This document shows, piece after piece, positions 1-9,900 of a DNA stretch of 32,000 nucleotides. A program made the translations under genes and the position numbers. Numbering within the stretch: the stretch's first letter is position 1; the number at the start of each line of letters is the position of its first letter. Below the pieces are notes generated by a model. That model searched no databases, was not told where the DNA came from, and saw only the letters and a program-made list of their open reading frames with translations. The stretch is from Candidatus Baldrarchaeum yapensis (lineage in GTDB: Archaea; Asgardarchaeota; Baldrarchaeia; Baldrarchaeales; Baldrarchaeaceae). Location of the stretch: contig JAEOSH010000006.1 in assembly GCA_016840465.1 (NCBI GenBank), positions 1 through 32,000 of the forward strand. The letters are read 5' to 3'.

Positions 1-234
1 TGAAGTGGAGGCCCTTTTGGCGGTGCGGGACTCCGGTTGAGTCTGCGACCGGGAGGTCGGGGCTTCCCGTGGCCTTTGCTGCGACCTCCATTGCCCATTC
101 CTTTAGCTTCACCCAGGCCTTGTGGATGGTTGCGGGGCTGGGGATGCGCCCACGATGAGTGGTGCGAGTTCCGCGGTTCTTTTGAAGGTTATGTTGAGGA
201 GTACCTTTATTGCGCATAGTGCTGCGAGCCGCCC
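1..234 (-). mobile_element. Frameshifted, 5'-truncated IS5-family-like DDE transposase remnant (continues off the left edge)
   Basis: Not in the ORF track. Manual minus-strand translation gives GRLAALCAIKVLLNITFKRTAELAPLIVG, then after a frameshift near 149-151 RIPSPATIHKAWVKLKEWAMEVAAKATGSPDLPVADSTGVPHRQKGLHF. The P-x-x-x-T-I-H-K segment followed by A-D-S-T-G resembles the N-terminus and first catalytic Asp of IS5-superfamily transposases. In-frame TAG at 235-237. Hand count 144/240 = 60% GC over 1-240 versus 22/60 over 241-300. Confidence 0.6.
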
Positions 235-315
235 CTATAGACTCTCCCCTTTACATTTGTAAAATTATGAAACAGCCTCCCTTCTGGAACTAAAAATGGA
301 ACACAAATGCAGCCC

Positions 316-635
316 TTATTTTTGAGTATTTGTTTTTTCCGAGCATACATATTCGTGGAATCCTAGATCGATAATATACCCTTTCAATTGACTTTCTATT
401 TCGTCAAGATCGGGGTCACTACGAACAATATACTCTCCTGCCATCCTTCCTAGGAATTTTCGAAAAAATATCGGTTCCTATCTCCTCACCCCCTAAAAGA
501 ATTTGCTCCTCCTTCAACTCTATCCTCTCTTTCGAGCACCAGCACTTTCTTTCCTGAATATGCTAATAGGGCGGCAGAAGTCAATTCAACAAGCATATCT
601 CCGACTATTATTACATTAAAAGTAGTATTCTTCAT
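316..635 (-). pseudogene. 5' remnant of an FAD-dependent oxidoreductase (phytoene desaturase/amine oxidase-like Rossmann start)
   Basis: ATG at 635 with a GGTGA RBS gives MKNTTFNVIIVGDMLVELTSAALLAYSGKKVLVLEREDRVEGGANSFRG. Removing one base from each of two runs (489-493, 463-468) continues it as EEIGTDIFRKFLGRMAGEYIVRSDPDLDEIESQLKGYIIDLGFH, i.e. the E-x-x-x-x-x-GG...GY-x-x-D-x-G-x-H pattern. GxGxxG is eroded to GDMLVE; stop at 316-318. Confidence 0.65.
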
Positions 636-887
636 GAAATTCACCATCCGGACTATTGCGTTAAGAAGTATTTCCCCTCCAAATATAAAAGGCGATCTGT
701 GACCTTGTGAGAAGATCTTGCACGTAACCGGGGTATAACTTTTGATATTGACAATGCGTGGATGCATGCCCATATATTGCGATCTGCGGGACGTTATGAT
801 GAAAATCATAAGGATAGCTTTTTTAGCAGAAAGTTATTTACGCACGGGCGCTATATACGGAGGGTGAAGTAAAGGGGGTAAGGTGGG

Positions 888-2885
888 ATGAAGGTCGAGG
901 ATATAAAGAAGATCGCAGTGATCGGAGCGGGCATTATGGGACACGGAATAGCTCAGATCGCAGCAATGGCAGGGTATGAGGTTCACCTTGTTGATATAAA
1001 ACAGGAGATTTTAGAAAAGGCTCTTGAGAAGATAAAGTGGAGCCTGAGCAAGTTCGTAGAAAAGGGGCGTATTTCTAAGGGGGCGGCAGATGCTGCGTTT
1101 AGTAGAATAAAAACGTTCTTGGATCTGAAGGAGGCCGTAAAAGACGTGGACTTCGTAATAGAGGCCGTAGTTGAGGACATAAATGTTAAAAAGCAAGTCT
1201 TTAAGACATGTGACGAAGCAACCCCGCCTCATACAATATTAGCCACCAATACAAGCACGTTGCCTATCACCGAGATTGCAGAAGCAACGAAACGTCCAGA
1301 TAAGGTCATTGGCATGCATTATTTCAATCCGCCTCAACTGATGCCTCTGGTCGAGGTTATAAGAGGGGACAAGACAAGTGATGAAACCACGAAGGTAACG
1401 GTCGATTTGGCGAAAAAATTCGGTAAGGAGGTTGTGATCTGCAAGAAGGATGTGCCAGGGTTCATTGTTAACAGACTATTGGGGCCGATACTACAGGAAG
1501 CCGCTTGGATGGTTCACAGAGGAGAGGCCAGTGTTGTCGAAATAGATTCCGCGGTCATTTACAAAGTTGGACTGCCTATGGGAATTTTTGAATTGGCAGA
1601 CTTCAGCGGGATAGACACGATTTACAAGGCGAGTCTTGCCGTAAGAGAAAGAGATCCGAGAGCCACACCTATATGTCCGGTTTTCGAGGAGTACTACAAG
1701 AAGGGATGGTACGGGCAGAAGAGTGGTAGGGGCTTCTATGAGTATAAGGGGGAGAAGTGGGAGAGGCCGGTAATTCCAAAGGAAGCAGGTGAAAAGATAG
1801 ACCCGATACAGATATTTGCACCAGCCATAAACGCGGCGGCTTGGATGATAAGGAATGACGTGGCATCCGTAGAAGATATAGATAAGGCGGTGAAACTTGG
1901 TCTCGGATATCCTAAAGGTCTGCTCGAAATGGCCGACGAATGGGGCATAGATAAAGTAGTAGAGGTGCTTAGAGAGAAGCAAAAGAAATATCCCGAGTTT
2001 AAAGACTACTATGAGCCGGACTCGCTTCTTGTAGAAATGGTAAACAAGGGAGAAACCGGTGTGAAGGCCGGTAAGGGATTTTATGAGTACAAGAAAGAGG
2101 AGTTAGCGTTTAAAACAATAATATTAAGAAAAGAACCGCCCCTTGCATGGATAATTCTCAATAGACCGCAAAGACTCAATGCTATATCTCCTGAGATGGT
2201 AGAAGAGCTTGACAAGGCGCTTGATGCTCTATGGGGAGATAAGGAGGTAAGAGTACTAATAATAACTGGTGCTGGTGATAGAGCCTTCTGTGCGGGAGCA
2301 GATGTAACATCATTCGTTGGCGCGACACCTGCAACGGTTATAGACTTTGTTATGAAGCTACATATGGTACTTGATAAAATAGAGAGATTTCCGAAGCCCG
2401 TGATTGCAGCAATAAATGGATTTGCGTTAGGAGGAGGTTGCGAAATAGCAATAGCATGTGATTTCAGAATTGCGAGTGATAGGGCGCAGATAGGTCAACC
2501 AGAAATACTTTTAGGCCTAATACCGGGCGCAGGTGGAACTCAGAGACTTGTCAGATTAGTAGGTCTCGGGAAGGCAAAAGAGATTGTAATGCTAGGAGAT
2601 AGGATCCCGGCAGACGAGGCGCAGAAGATAGGACTTGTAAATAAGGTTGTACCAGCAGACAAATTTGAAGAAGAGGTCAGATCATTTGCTTCAAGACTTG
2701 CTGAATATCCTCCGATTGCGCTGAAGATGGCAAAATATGCTACCACCTTTGGCTCACAGGTACCATTATCCATCGGAGGATTACTGGAAATGGGTCTGTT
2801 CAGCCTGTTATTCTCAACGAAGGACTTCATGGAAGGAGTTTCGGCGTTTTTATCGAAGCGAAAACCCAAATTCAAGGGAGAATAA
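888..2885 (+). CDS. Bifunctional 3-hydroxyacyl-CoA dehydrogenase / enoyl-CoA hydratase (archaeal HAD-ECH domain order)
   Basis: NAD motif GAGIMGHG, EAVVE, ATNTS, GMHYFNP, PGFIVNR, duplicated HAD C-terminal domain (GxKxGxGFYEY twice), then a crotonase domain with AFCAGAD, GGGCE, QPEI. Confidence 0.96.
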   Translation: MKVEDIKKIAVIGAGIMGHGIAQIAAMAGYEVHLVDIKQEILEKALEKIKWSLSKFVEKGRISKGAADAAFSRIKTFLDLKEAVKDVDFVIEAVVEDINVKKQVFKTCDEATPPHTILATNTSTLPITEIAEATKRPDKVIGMHYFNPPQLMPLVEVIRGDKTSDETTKVTVDLAKKFGKEVVICKKDVPGFIVNRLLGPILQEAAWMVHRGEASVVEIDSAVIYKVGLPMGIFELADFSGIDTIYKASLAVRERDPRATPICPVFEEYYKKGWYGQKSGRGFYEYKGEKWERPVIPKEAGEKIDPIQIFAPAINAAAWMIRNDVASVEDIDKAVKLGLGYPKGLLEMADEWGIDKVVEVLREKQKKYPEFKDYYEPDSLLVEMVNKGETGVKAGKGFYEYKKEELAFKTIILRKEPPLAWIILNRPQRLNAISPEMVEELDKALDALWGDKEVRVLIITGAGDRAFCAGADVTSFVGATPATVIDFVMKLHMVLDKIERFPKPVIAAINGFALGGGCEIAIACDFRIASDRAQIGQPEILLGLIPGAGGTQRLVRLVGLGKAKEIVMLGDRIPADEAQKIGLVNKVVPADKFEEEVRSFASRLAEYPPIALKMAKYATTFGSQVPLSIGGLLEMGLFSLLFSTKDFMEGVSAFLSKRKPKFKGE

Positions 2886-2892
2886 AACAGAG

Positions 2893-2921
2893 ATTTGCCA
2901 GATCCTGCAAATTAACTTTTT
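2893..2921 (+). terminator. Possible terminator: 6-bp stem plus T-tract after the HAD-ECH gene
   Basis: ATTTGC (2893-2898) pairs with GCAAAT (2907-2912), followed by TAACTTTTT. The TTTTTAAA could equally be the TATA box of the next gene. Confidence 0.3.
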
Positions 2922-2942
2922 AAACCTAAACCTATTTTTCTT

Positions 2943-3617
2943 ATGATCAAATTAGTCGAGGAGATGAGAGTGCTACCAGCAGGCTTTATAGTAAAAGTTA
3001 TCGCAATAACGTCTTCGGGTGCGCTTTCTCCTGGCCCATTGACTGCGTCAACAATAGGTGTTGGCACGAAGGACGGGTGGAAATCCGGCTTCATGGTAAG
3101 CGTTGGTCACACAATTGTCGAATTTCCGCTCACGTTACTCATAGCATTAGGTTTGATTTCCTTCATGAATGTTCTCTATGTTAGGACTGTAGTAAGCCTT
3201 GCCGGCGGTGGTATTCTTCTCCTCCTGGCGTATCTTATGGGTAGGGACATTTTTGCGCCAGAGATATCGGAAAGCGGAAGTATGGGGATAAAAATAGAAT
3301 CGCCACTTGCGGTAGGGGTGCTTTTGTCCGCATTCAATCCACATTTCATAGTGTGGTGGATTTTCGTGGGAGGATCACTTGTGATAGAGGCATACACCTA
3401 TACGGGCATGTATGGCGTTGTTCTGATGTACATATTTCATGTATGGATGGACTATGCCTTCCTCATGGCGGTGGCTCACGCCTCGTTTAAAGGTAGGGAG
3501 ATTCTCAAATCTAAAGGATACAAGGTGCTACTCGGAATAATAGTCGCTGTATTGGTGATATTCGGAGTAGATTTGATATTTTATGGTCTAACAGGGTCAC
3601 GAATCCTTCCGCTATGA
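2943..3617 (+). CDS. LysE/RhtB family translocator
   Basis: SGALSPGPLT near the N-terminus, G-WKSG-x-x-V-S-V-G-H, LSAFNPHFIVWW, about six hydrophobic segments. Confidence 0.88.
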   Translation: MIKLVEEMRVLPAGFIVKVIAITSSGALSPGPLTASTIGVGTKDGWKSGFMVSVGHTIVEFPLTLLIALGLISFMNVLYVRTVVSLAGGGILLLLAYLMGRDIFAPEISESGSMGIKIESPLAVGVLLSAFNPHFIVWWIFVGGSLVIEAYTYTGMYGVVLMYIFHVWMDYAFLMAVAHASFKGREILKSKGYKVLLGIIVAVLVIFGVDLIFYGLTGSRILPL

Positions 3618-5501
3618 TCACATAAAATGTTTCACTGCGATCATACGAATGAGATCACCCGCCTCCTCAGCCATGTCCGCACTCATCTCCATAGATTCAA
3701 CGAACTCCCACACCATCAAGTACTCTGATATTTTCATAACGTCGCTCAGGATTCTCATTTTCCTCAAAAGAGAATGATGGAGGTCGTCAAGGTTCCGCTC
3801 AGTTTCTTCGATATCTTTCACAATATCAAGGGTGACCTCTGGGTTTTCCCTTAGCGCTATAAAGGCATCTCTGACGAGCCTGCATATCCTCCTCACGCCA
3901 CTGGCGAAACTTACGAAATCCTCCTTTATTTCGGGAGGTACAGCGTATGGATCTACAAGGGTAAGTCTTCTGCTTCCCCCTATCAGGTATCCGGCAATTC
4001 TATCTACAACATCGGTTAGATTAACGAAGTCGCCGCGGTCTGGTGGCTCCAAAACGCTCTCAGACAGCCTTCTCATGATTTCTCTCTTTATCATATCGGC
4101 AGTTTCCTCCATTTTCTTTGCGGAGGCAATTTCTTCAATCATAGAATGCATATCGCATTGGGCAAAGAACGTAACCGCGGACTCCACTTTCTCAGCGACC
4201 TTCTCCACTGTGAGGATGTGATTCACCGATAGGGAAAAGGTTGGCCACCCAGGCCTCGTCTCTTTAACTCTCAATGAGAAGGCAATCATTCCCACAATTA
4301 AAGATACGGATATCAGTAAAAGGCTCGCCCTAAATCCAGCGGGGTCGTAAATTCCCCAGAAATCTATCAGGAATCCGAGTATTAATGGTCCCAATAACCA
4401 TCCCATATCTCTAAATGACCTATATAGGCCGAGAGCTGCACCCCGGTAGTGAGGTGCAGCGACATCCATCGAAATTACGGGCAACACAGGGTAATAGAGC
4501 CCCATTCCTAGTCCCGTACTCACAACTGCAATGAGAACAAACGGAAGGCTCGGTGGCGAGAATGCTACGGCTATTAGAGAAATGGCATTAATCAGAAGCC
4601 CTAACATACATGGGATCTTTCTACCAATCGCATCTGCAATCTTTCCACCAATGGGCATCATTAATGCCCATGCAAGTGTCAAACTCCCCGCTACGATCCC
4701 TATCTCAAAAAGTGATAGACCTAAGAAATTGTGAAGAAAAATAGGTAAGAATGCCCACATGAACCCGTCTCCGAACTTTGCAAGATGTCCGATTGCATAT
4801 ACTGTCATCAACCTTCTATTTTTTAGTATTCTGGACGAGAATGAGGCGATCTGCGATCTTCTTGAGTGCCCTCCGAAGCCCCTCGTTTCCCTCATAGTGA
4901 GCGAGACAACAAGAAAAAATAGAGACGTTATCGCTGCGAAGTATAATGCAACTCTTATTGAGAACTGTTGCGAAATAAAGCCGGCAGATATGGCCCCTAT
5001 TCCTAACCCTATATACACCGAGAACTCCATTTTCCCTATTGACTCTCCTTTTTCCTCCGTCCCAGCAATGTCTCCTAATGCGGTCATTGCAGCCACAAGA
5101 GACATTCCAGCACCAGTTCCCAAAAGTATACTTCCGAATAAGAGCTGAAAATAGGATGTAGAAACCGCGATAACAAAAGATCCGATCGCTGAAAGCAAAC
5201 TTCCAATAACAAACACACTCTTTCTTCCCATAAAATCTGTTAAAATCCCACTAGGCAGTCCAATAATTGCTTCAAATGCTGCAAATAGTGCTATTATAAT
5301 CCCTATTTGGAGTCCTATGGATACGAATTCACTGGCGTATATTGAAAGTATCGCGCGCTGGACACCTATCGCTATTCCCAAGAGGAAAATGGCAAGGAAT
5401 ATCAGGGCGGATGTGACAGCGAGGGGTTTGTAGAACTTTTCTCTTGATCTATTAACATCATAAACAGACGTTTTATTGTCGTAAACCACAAAAACCACCA
5501 T
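3618..5501 (-). CDS. MFS transporter fused to a C-terminal DUF47 (PhoU-like) domain
   Basis: About 12 hydrophobic segments with MFS motif A in both halves (GILTDFMGRK, GKIADAIGRK) up to about aa 412, then one uninterrupted frame into a helical domain with E-E-T-A-D-x-I-K-R-E-I, DRGDF-x-x-L-x-x-x-x-D-x-I-A, E-R-x-L-D-D-L and E-x-x-A-D-x-A-E-x-A-G-D, the duplicated pattern of DUF47. Confidence 0.88.
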   Translation of the reverse strand: MVVFVVYDNKTSVYDVNRSREKFYKPLAVTSALIFLAIFLLGIAIGVQRAILSIYASEFVSIGLQIGIIIALFAAFEAIIGLPSGILTDFMGRKSVFVIGSLLSAIGSFVIAVSTSYFQLLFGSILLGTGAGMSLVAAMTALGDIAGTEEKGESIGKMEFSVYIGLGIGAISAGFISQQFSIRVALYFAAITSLFFLVVSLTMRETRGFGGHSRRSQIASFSSRILKNRRLMTVYAIGHLAKFGDGFMWAFLPIFLHNFLGLSLFEIGIVAGSLTLAWALMMPIGGKIADAIGRKIPCMLGLLINAISLIAVAFSPPSLPFVLIAVVSTGLGMGLYYPVLPVISMDVAAPHYRGAALGLYRSFRDMGWLLGPLILGFLIDFWGIYDPAGFRASLLLISVSLIVGMIAFSLRVKETRPGWPTFSLSVNHILTVEKVAEKVESAVTFFAQCDMHSMIEEIASAKKMEETADMIKREIMRRLSESVLEPPDRGDFVNLTDVVDRIAGYLIGGSRRLTLVDPYAVPPEIKEDFVSFASGVRRICRLVRDAFIALRENPEVTLDIVKDIEETERNLDDLHHSLLRKMRILSDVMKISEYLMVWEFVESMEMSADMAEEAGDLIRMIAVKHFM

Positions 5502-5651
5502 GTTTTCATACGGTGTCTAATACTGTTTCTACATCTACAGACGTTAAGAAATACTCTTCGGCTATAAATGGATAATTAAATAGTCGCTCGGTTAGATGGT
5601 GTGAAATTATCTGTACCTTATACAAGGTTACTAGATACCTCTACATTTCCG

Positions 5652-6130
5652 TCATTGAGTGTAAAATGCCAAAAATCTTCCTATCCTCGTAGGCATGGGT
5701 CTAACAACCTCCATAACCCCAGAAACGGGATCATATCTTCGTGGAACCAAAAAGCCATATGGTATCTTTCTCACCTTAAATGCACATCCATTATCCTCGA
5801 GTTTTTGGTTTACCTCGGGAATAATGTTATGGAGAGCCTCGACGTTTTCTATTTGAGCATTTAAATTCATATCTGTCGAAAACCTTTGGAAATCATACGG
5901 CAAATATGATTGAACGCAAGAGTCTCTCTTCCATAAAACTAGCGTCTTGAACCTGAAATTACAACAAGAGTATCAGCTTGCAATATTGACAATTCTACAT
6001 GCTCTAACGACACTATGCCAGAAATCTCGGAACATTTACGCAGTACTGGTGGATGTAGCACTTCTGGATCCCACACTTTGAGTATTCTTCGTATCTTCAC
6101 CTCATCATCTGTTGAAAGAGGAAACTTCAT
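5652..6130 (-). pseudogene. Possible split gene of unknown function (two tandem ORFs)
   Basis: ORFs 5939-6130 and 5652-5903 can be joined by two single-base deletions through the bridging frame FQVQDASFMEERLLRSII into about 158 aa. No family recognised. Confidence 0.25.
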
Positions 6131-6265
6131 TAAAAATCATTGTTCCATTTTTGGAATGCACCAATAAATTGTTTCTTTTAAGGGGTTACATACTTTCGAT
6201 ACTCTCTCAACTGTTTGTTAGTAATCGTTAAAAGCAACTTCCCAGTCACTTTGAGAGGGAGTACC

Positions 6266-6919
6266 ATGAATGCTGGTGATGAACGCAGCCTTTTGGTAAT
6301 AAAAGTATCTCTGGCTGCGATCTTTGGAGCACTTGCCATACTTTTCACGAGAGTCTTTGTCCCGTTACCCTTCGGAAACCCCAACTTGGGGTCAACACCC
6401 GTTACGCTGGCAGCCGTGTTCTGTCCATTGTCAGTGGGAATGTTAACTGGCATCATCAAGGGAATAGGCGCTTCCATATGGACCGGGCAGGCCTTTATAG
6501 AGATGCCCGCGGGCATAGGAGATGCGATGATGGCGGCGTTCATATACTCACTTAAAAGGTCACGCATTGTCAAGCAATCGAAGCTCCCTGATAATGTGAA
6601 ACTCGCAATATGCGCAACTTTGGGACAGTTGAGCAGATACATATTCACGTCTGGTATGATAGCGCTTTACATCGGACTTGCGGCATCCTACGGTTTCGAT
6701 GAGGCGGCAAAGGAAAAATTTCTGCAAATAGCAGCAAAATACTCTGGCCTTATGGGAATGACTCTACACCCCGTACTCCTAAACATAGTAGTGGTTTGGC
6801 TGGCAATATTCGTGGCAGTGACGATATCAATAATCGTAAACGCAATAATTTCCTGTGCTATCATAGTGAGTGCGGGAAGATCAATTAAAAGGATGCTATC
6901 CCAGTTCGGGATCGAGTAA
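6266..6919 (+). CDS. ECF transporter substrate-binding (S) component
   Basis: Probable start ATG 6266 after GAGGGAG. N-terminal helix SLAAIFGALAILF, P-x-P-x-G-x-P-N-L-G loop, G-x-x-x-G-I-I-K-G, about six TM segments. Substrate unknown. Confidence 0.75.
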   Translation: MNAGDERSLLVIKVSLAAIFGALAILFTRVFVPLPFGNPNLGSTPVTLAAVFCPLSVGMLTGIIKGIGASIWTGQAFIEMPAGIGDAMMAAFIYSLKRSRIVKQSKLPDNVKLAICATLGQLSRYIFTSGMIALYIGLAASYGFDEAAKEKFLQIAAKYSGLMGMTLHPVLLNIVVVWLAIFVAVTISIIVNAIISCAIIVSAGRSIKRMLSQFGIE

Positions 6920-6946
6920 GAACATATCCATGCTGAAGATAAAAAG

Positions 6947-9900
6947 TTAGGAAAACTTATCCTCTAATAATGCCTCAATTTCTTGGTATCTCTTCCTCAA
7001 TTTCTCTATTGTTTCACTTGATGCTCTCCAATAACCCCTTGAATGAGCCTCTAATAATCTTCCGACTATCTTCTGAAACGCCCACGGATTTTCCCTCTTT
7101 ATCCTGTCGGAAACTTCTCGATCAAAGACTATTCTCTCGGCAACCTTATCCCACATCCAGTCCTGAACGCCACCTACCGTCGCTGCAAGTCCCAGTAGGT
7201 ATTCCACCCTATCTGCAATCTTTGTTGACCCATTAAAGCCATGTTTGAGCATTTCATCTAGCCAACGCGGATTTAGAAGCCGCGTGGCTACGCCCCTCCT
7301 TATTGCCTCGTCGACATGCTCAACTTTCACTCTTTCTCTCGTACTATCCGCAACTAGAACTAGGGGTTTCTCACCTCTTACCTTCTCAACGCTCTTCGTC
7401 AATCCGCCTAAGAACTCATAATAGTGGTCGAGGTCGGTAATTTCGTAATCGATGCTGTCTCGAATCTGCGCAACTAGGTCCACTCTAGAGATAAGTTTAT
7501 TGAAAACATCATTTGCGTCTTTCCCTCTGATGTATTCCCCGTACCCGAATCTCATACTTTCCATATATGCATTCACAAGATCCGCCTCGCTCCTCCAAGA
7601 CCCGCTTTCAATGAGTGTGGTCAGCGTAGTTGCATATTCGCCCTCAGGTGGGCCGAATATCCTAATTATCGCATCCTCTCCCAATTTCTTATCCTCGAGC
7701 GTGTGGGCCTTTACGTAATTTAACTCCGGAGGCTCATCCAAGCTTGCAACTAATTTGAACGCTCTATCAAGAAGTTCAACTATGTTGTAAAACGTGTCCC
7801 TGAAAATTCCACAAATGGTGACAAGAACGTCTATTCGAGGTCTTCCCAATTCCTCTAATGGTATTACTTCCAAGTCACGGATGTATATCGACTTCCAGAT
7901 AGGCCTCACTCCCAATAACCTGAAAATGGCGGCAACGGTCTCCCCTCCCGTCTTCATTGTCTCAAAGCCCCAAAGCACAACACTAACAACCTTAGGATAA
8001 CGGCCATACTTCTCATAATACCTCCTAATGTACTCCTCCGCAATTCGCGCACCGCGCTCCATTGCCACTTCCGTTGGTATATTCGTGGGGTCAAGCTGGA
8101 ATACATTGCGCCCGGTTGGAAAGACCTCAGGCGATCGTATAGGATCCCCACCGGGTCCCGGAAGGATGTATTCTCCATTTAATGCGCGCAGTACGCCTTC
8201 AATTTCAGATGACTCTAATACTCTTTCCTTTACTGATTTGGCGTACTCCAATGATGTCCTCATCTCGTTTTTATCGACTCTTCCAAGTTTAAAACTCTTA
8301 ATGAGATCGTTTAACGATCTCTGCTCAAAGACGTACATCTTGATAATGTTACGAACGACTTTTTCGATAGCATCCAAAATGTCAGAATATCTCCTTCCAT
8401 CAGGTGTCATCAGAGAGGGCTTTTCAAGCAAATCATAGTAATTAAAGCCCATGGACTCAGCAATTATCCTATGGAGGCTCTTAATGGTCCCTCTATCGTA
8501 TCTTGCAACATAAGTCAGATAATCCAAGAGATCGTCCTCGGAAGGCGTCTCGCCAAGCACATGTAGTCCTTTCGGCACCAATGCTCTTTTATACTCGTAA
8601 ATTCTGTCATGAATTTTGTCAATGCTATCTCCTAAACCGTATTTTCTTCCCACATCGATGATCTTTTTCGCAATCGTTGCAGCCTTCTCCTTATCGTATT
8701 GTAATGTGTCATGATATTGGTTAAGAAGCCTTTCCAGTTCCAAAATGAAATCATGAGAGCCACTCACCATAACTGGAGGACTACTATGTCCTATAATGAC
8801 CGCATAACTCCTATGCTTTGCAATGGCAGCCTCCGACGAATTGACGACATGGTAGATGTAAATGTTCGGTAGGTCCCCTAGTAGCAAATCCGGAAAACAC
8901 TCTTCAGATAGCCCTGCATCCTTCCCCGGCAAAAACTCTAAGGTCCCATGAGTGCCGAAATGTACGACCGCATCTGCTCGAAACTCCTTCTCTAACCATT
9001 TATAAAACGCAATATACTGATGATGCGGCGGCAGATCTCGACTGTGGTATATTTTTGAGGGGTCCTCGTGTACACCTCTCGAAGGTTGTACTCCTATGAA
9101 CACATTTCCTAAAATGATCCCCGGAATTATTATCGTGTCTTGGAACACCATTATCTTACCTGGAGGCTCTCCCCATGCCTCTAGAACTCTTTTTCGTACA
9201 TTCTCGGGCAATTCATTAAACCACTTTATGTATTTTTGCTTATCCACTTTAGGCAATCTTCGGAGCGCATCAGCTGTCTGGACCCATTCTCCGGAATTTA
9301 CTGCTCCGCTTCTCAACATCAACTCCTTTAATTCGTCTGCACTTGGAATCTTATCAATAAAGTACCCATGCTCTCTCATCGAAGAGAGCAGTTTGGATAT
9401 GCTGGCAAACACGTCGAGATATGCAACCTTTCCGAGGTTTTCCTCGCCGGGCGGATAATTGAATATTATTATGGCAATTTTCTTATCCTTGTTCGGCTTT
9501 CTCTTTAAGTGAACCCATTTTAGAACTCTTCGTGCCAATTTCCTAATTCTGTCCTCTATTGCTATGTACTCCTCAAGAACAACTCCCTCCTTCTTAAAAT
9601 GAACGGGAGCATGTGTAACATGTGGTTCTATTCGCCCATCCAATTCGGGCAAAATTACCGACGTTACCATCTCTATTGGAGGAACCCCTGCGCGGGACTC
9701 TTTCCATTTCTCTGCAGTTACCGATGATAAATGAATCCCGTGAAGAACGGGCACATTCAACTTTGTCAGCACATCAAATGTAAATCTGTGATCCCCACCT
9801 ACAGGGCCTCCCGCGAACCTGAACCAAAGCAGATCAACTAAAGCATCGATAACGGGTCTGCCATTTCTCAGAAAGTACTTCTCGATCGCAAGATAATACC

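Noticed and set aside
888-2885. Evidence for the 3-hydroxypropionate/4-hydroxybutyrate carbon-fixation cycle
   Set aside because: This fusion is equally used in beta-oxidation and no other cycle gene is present.
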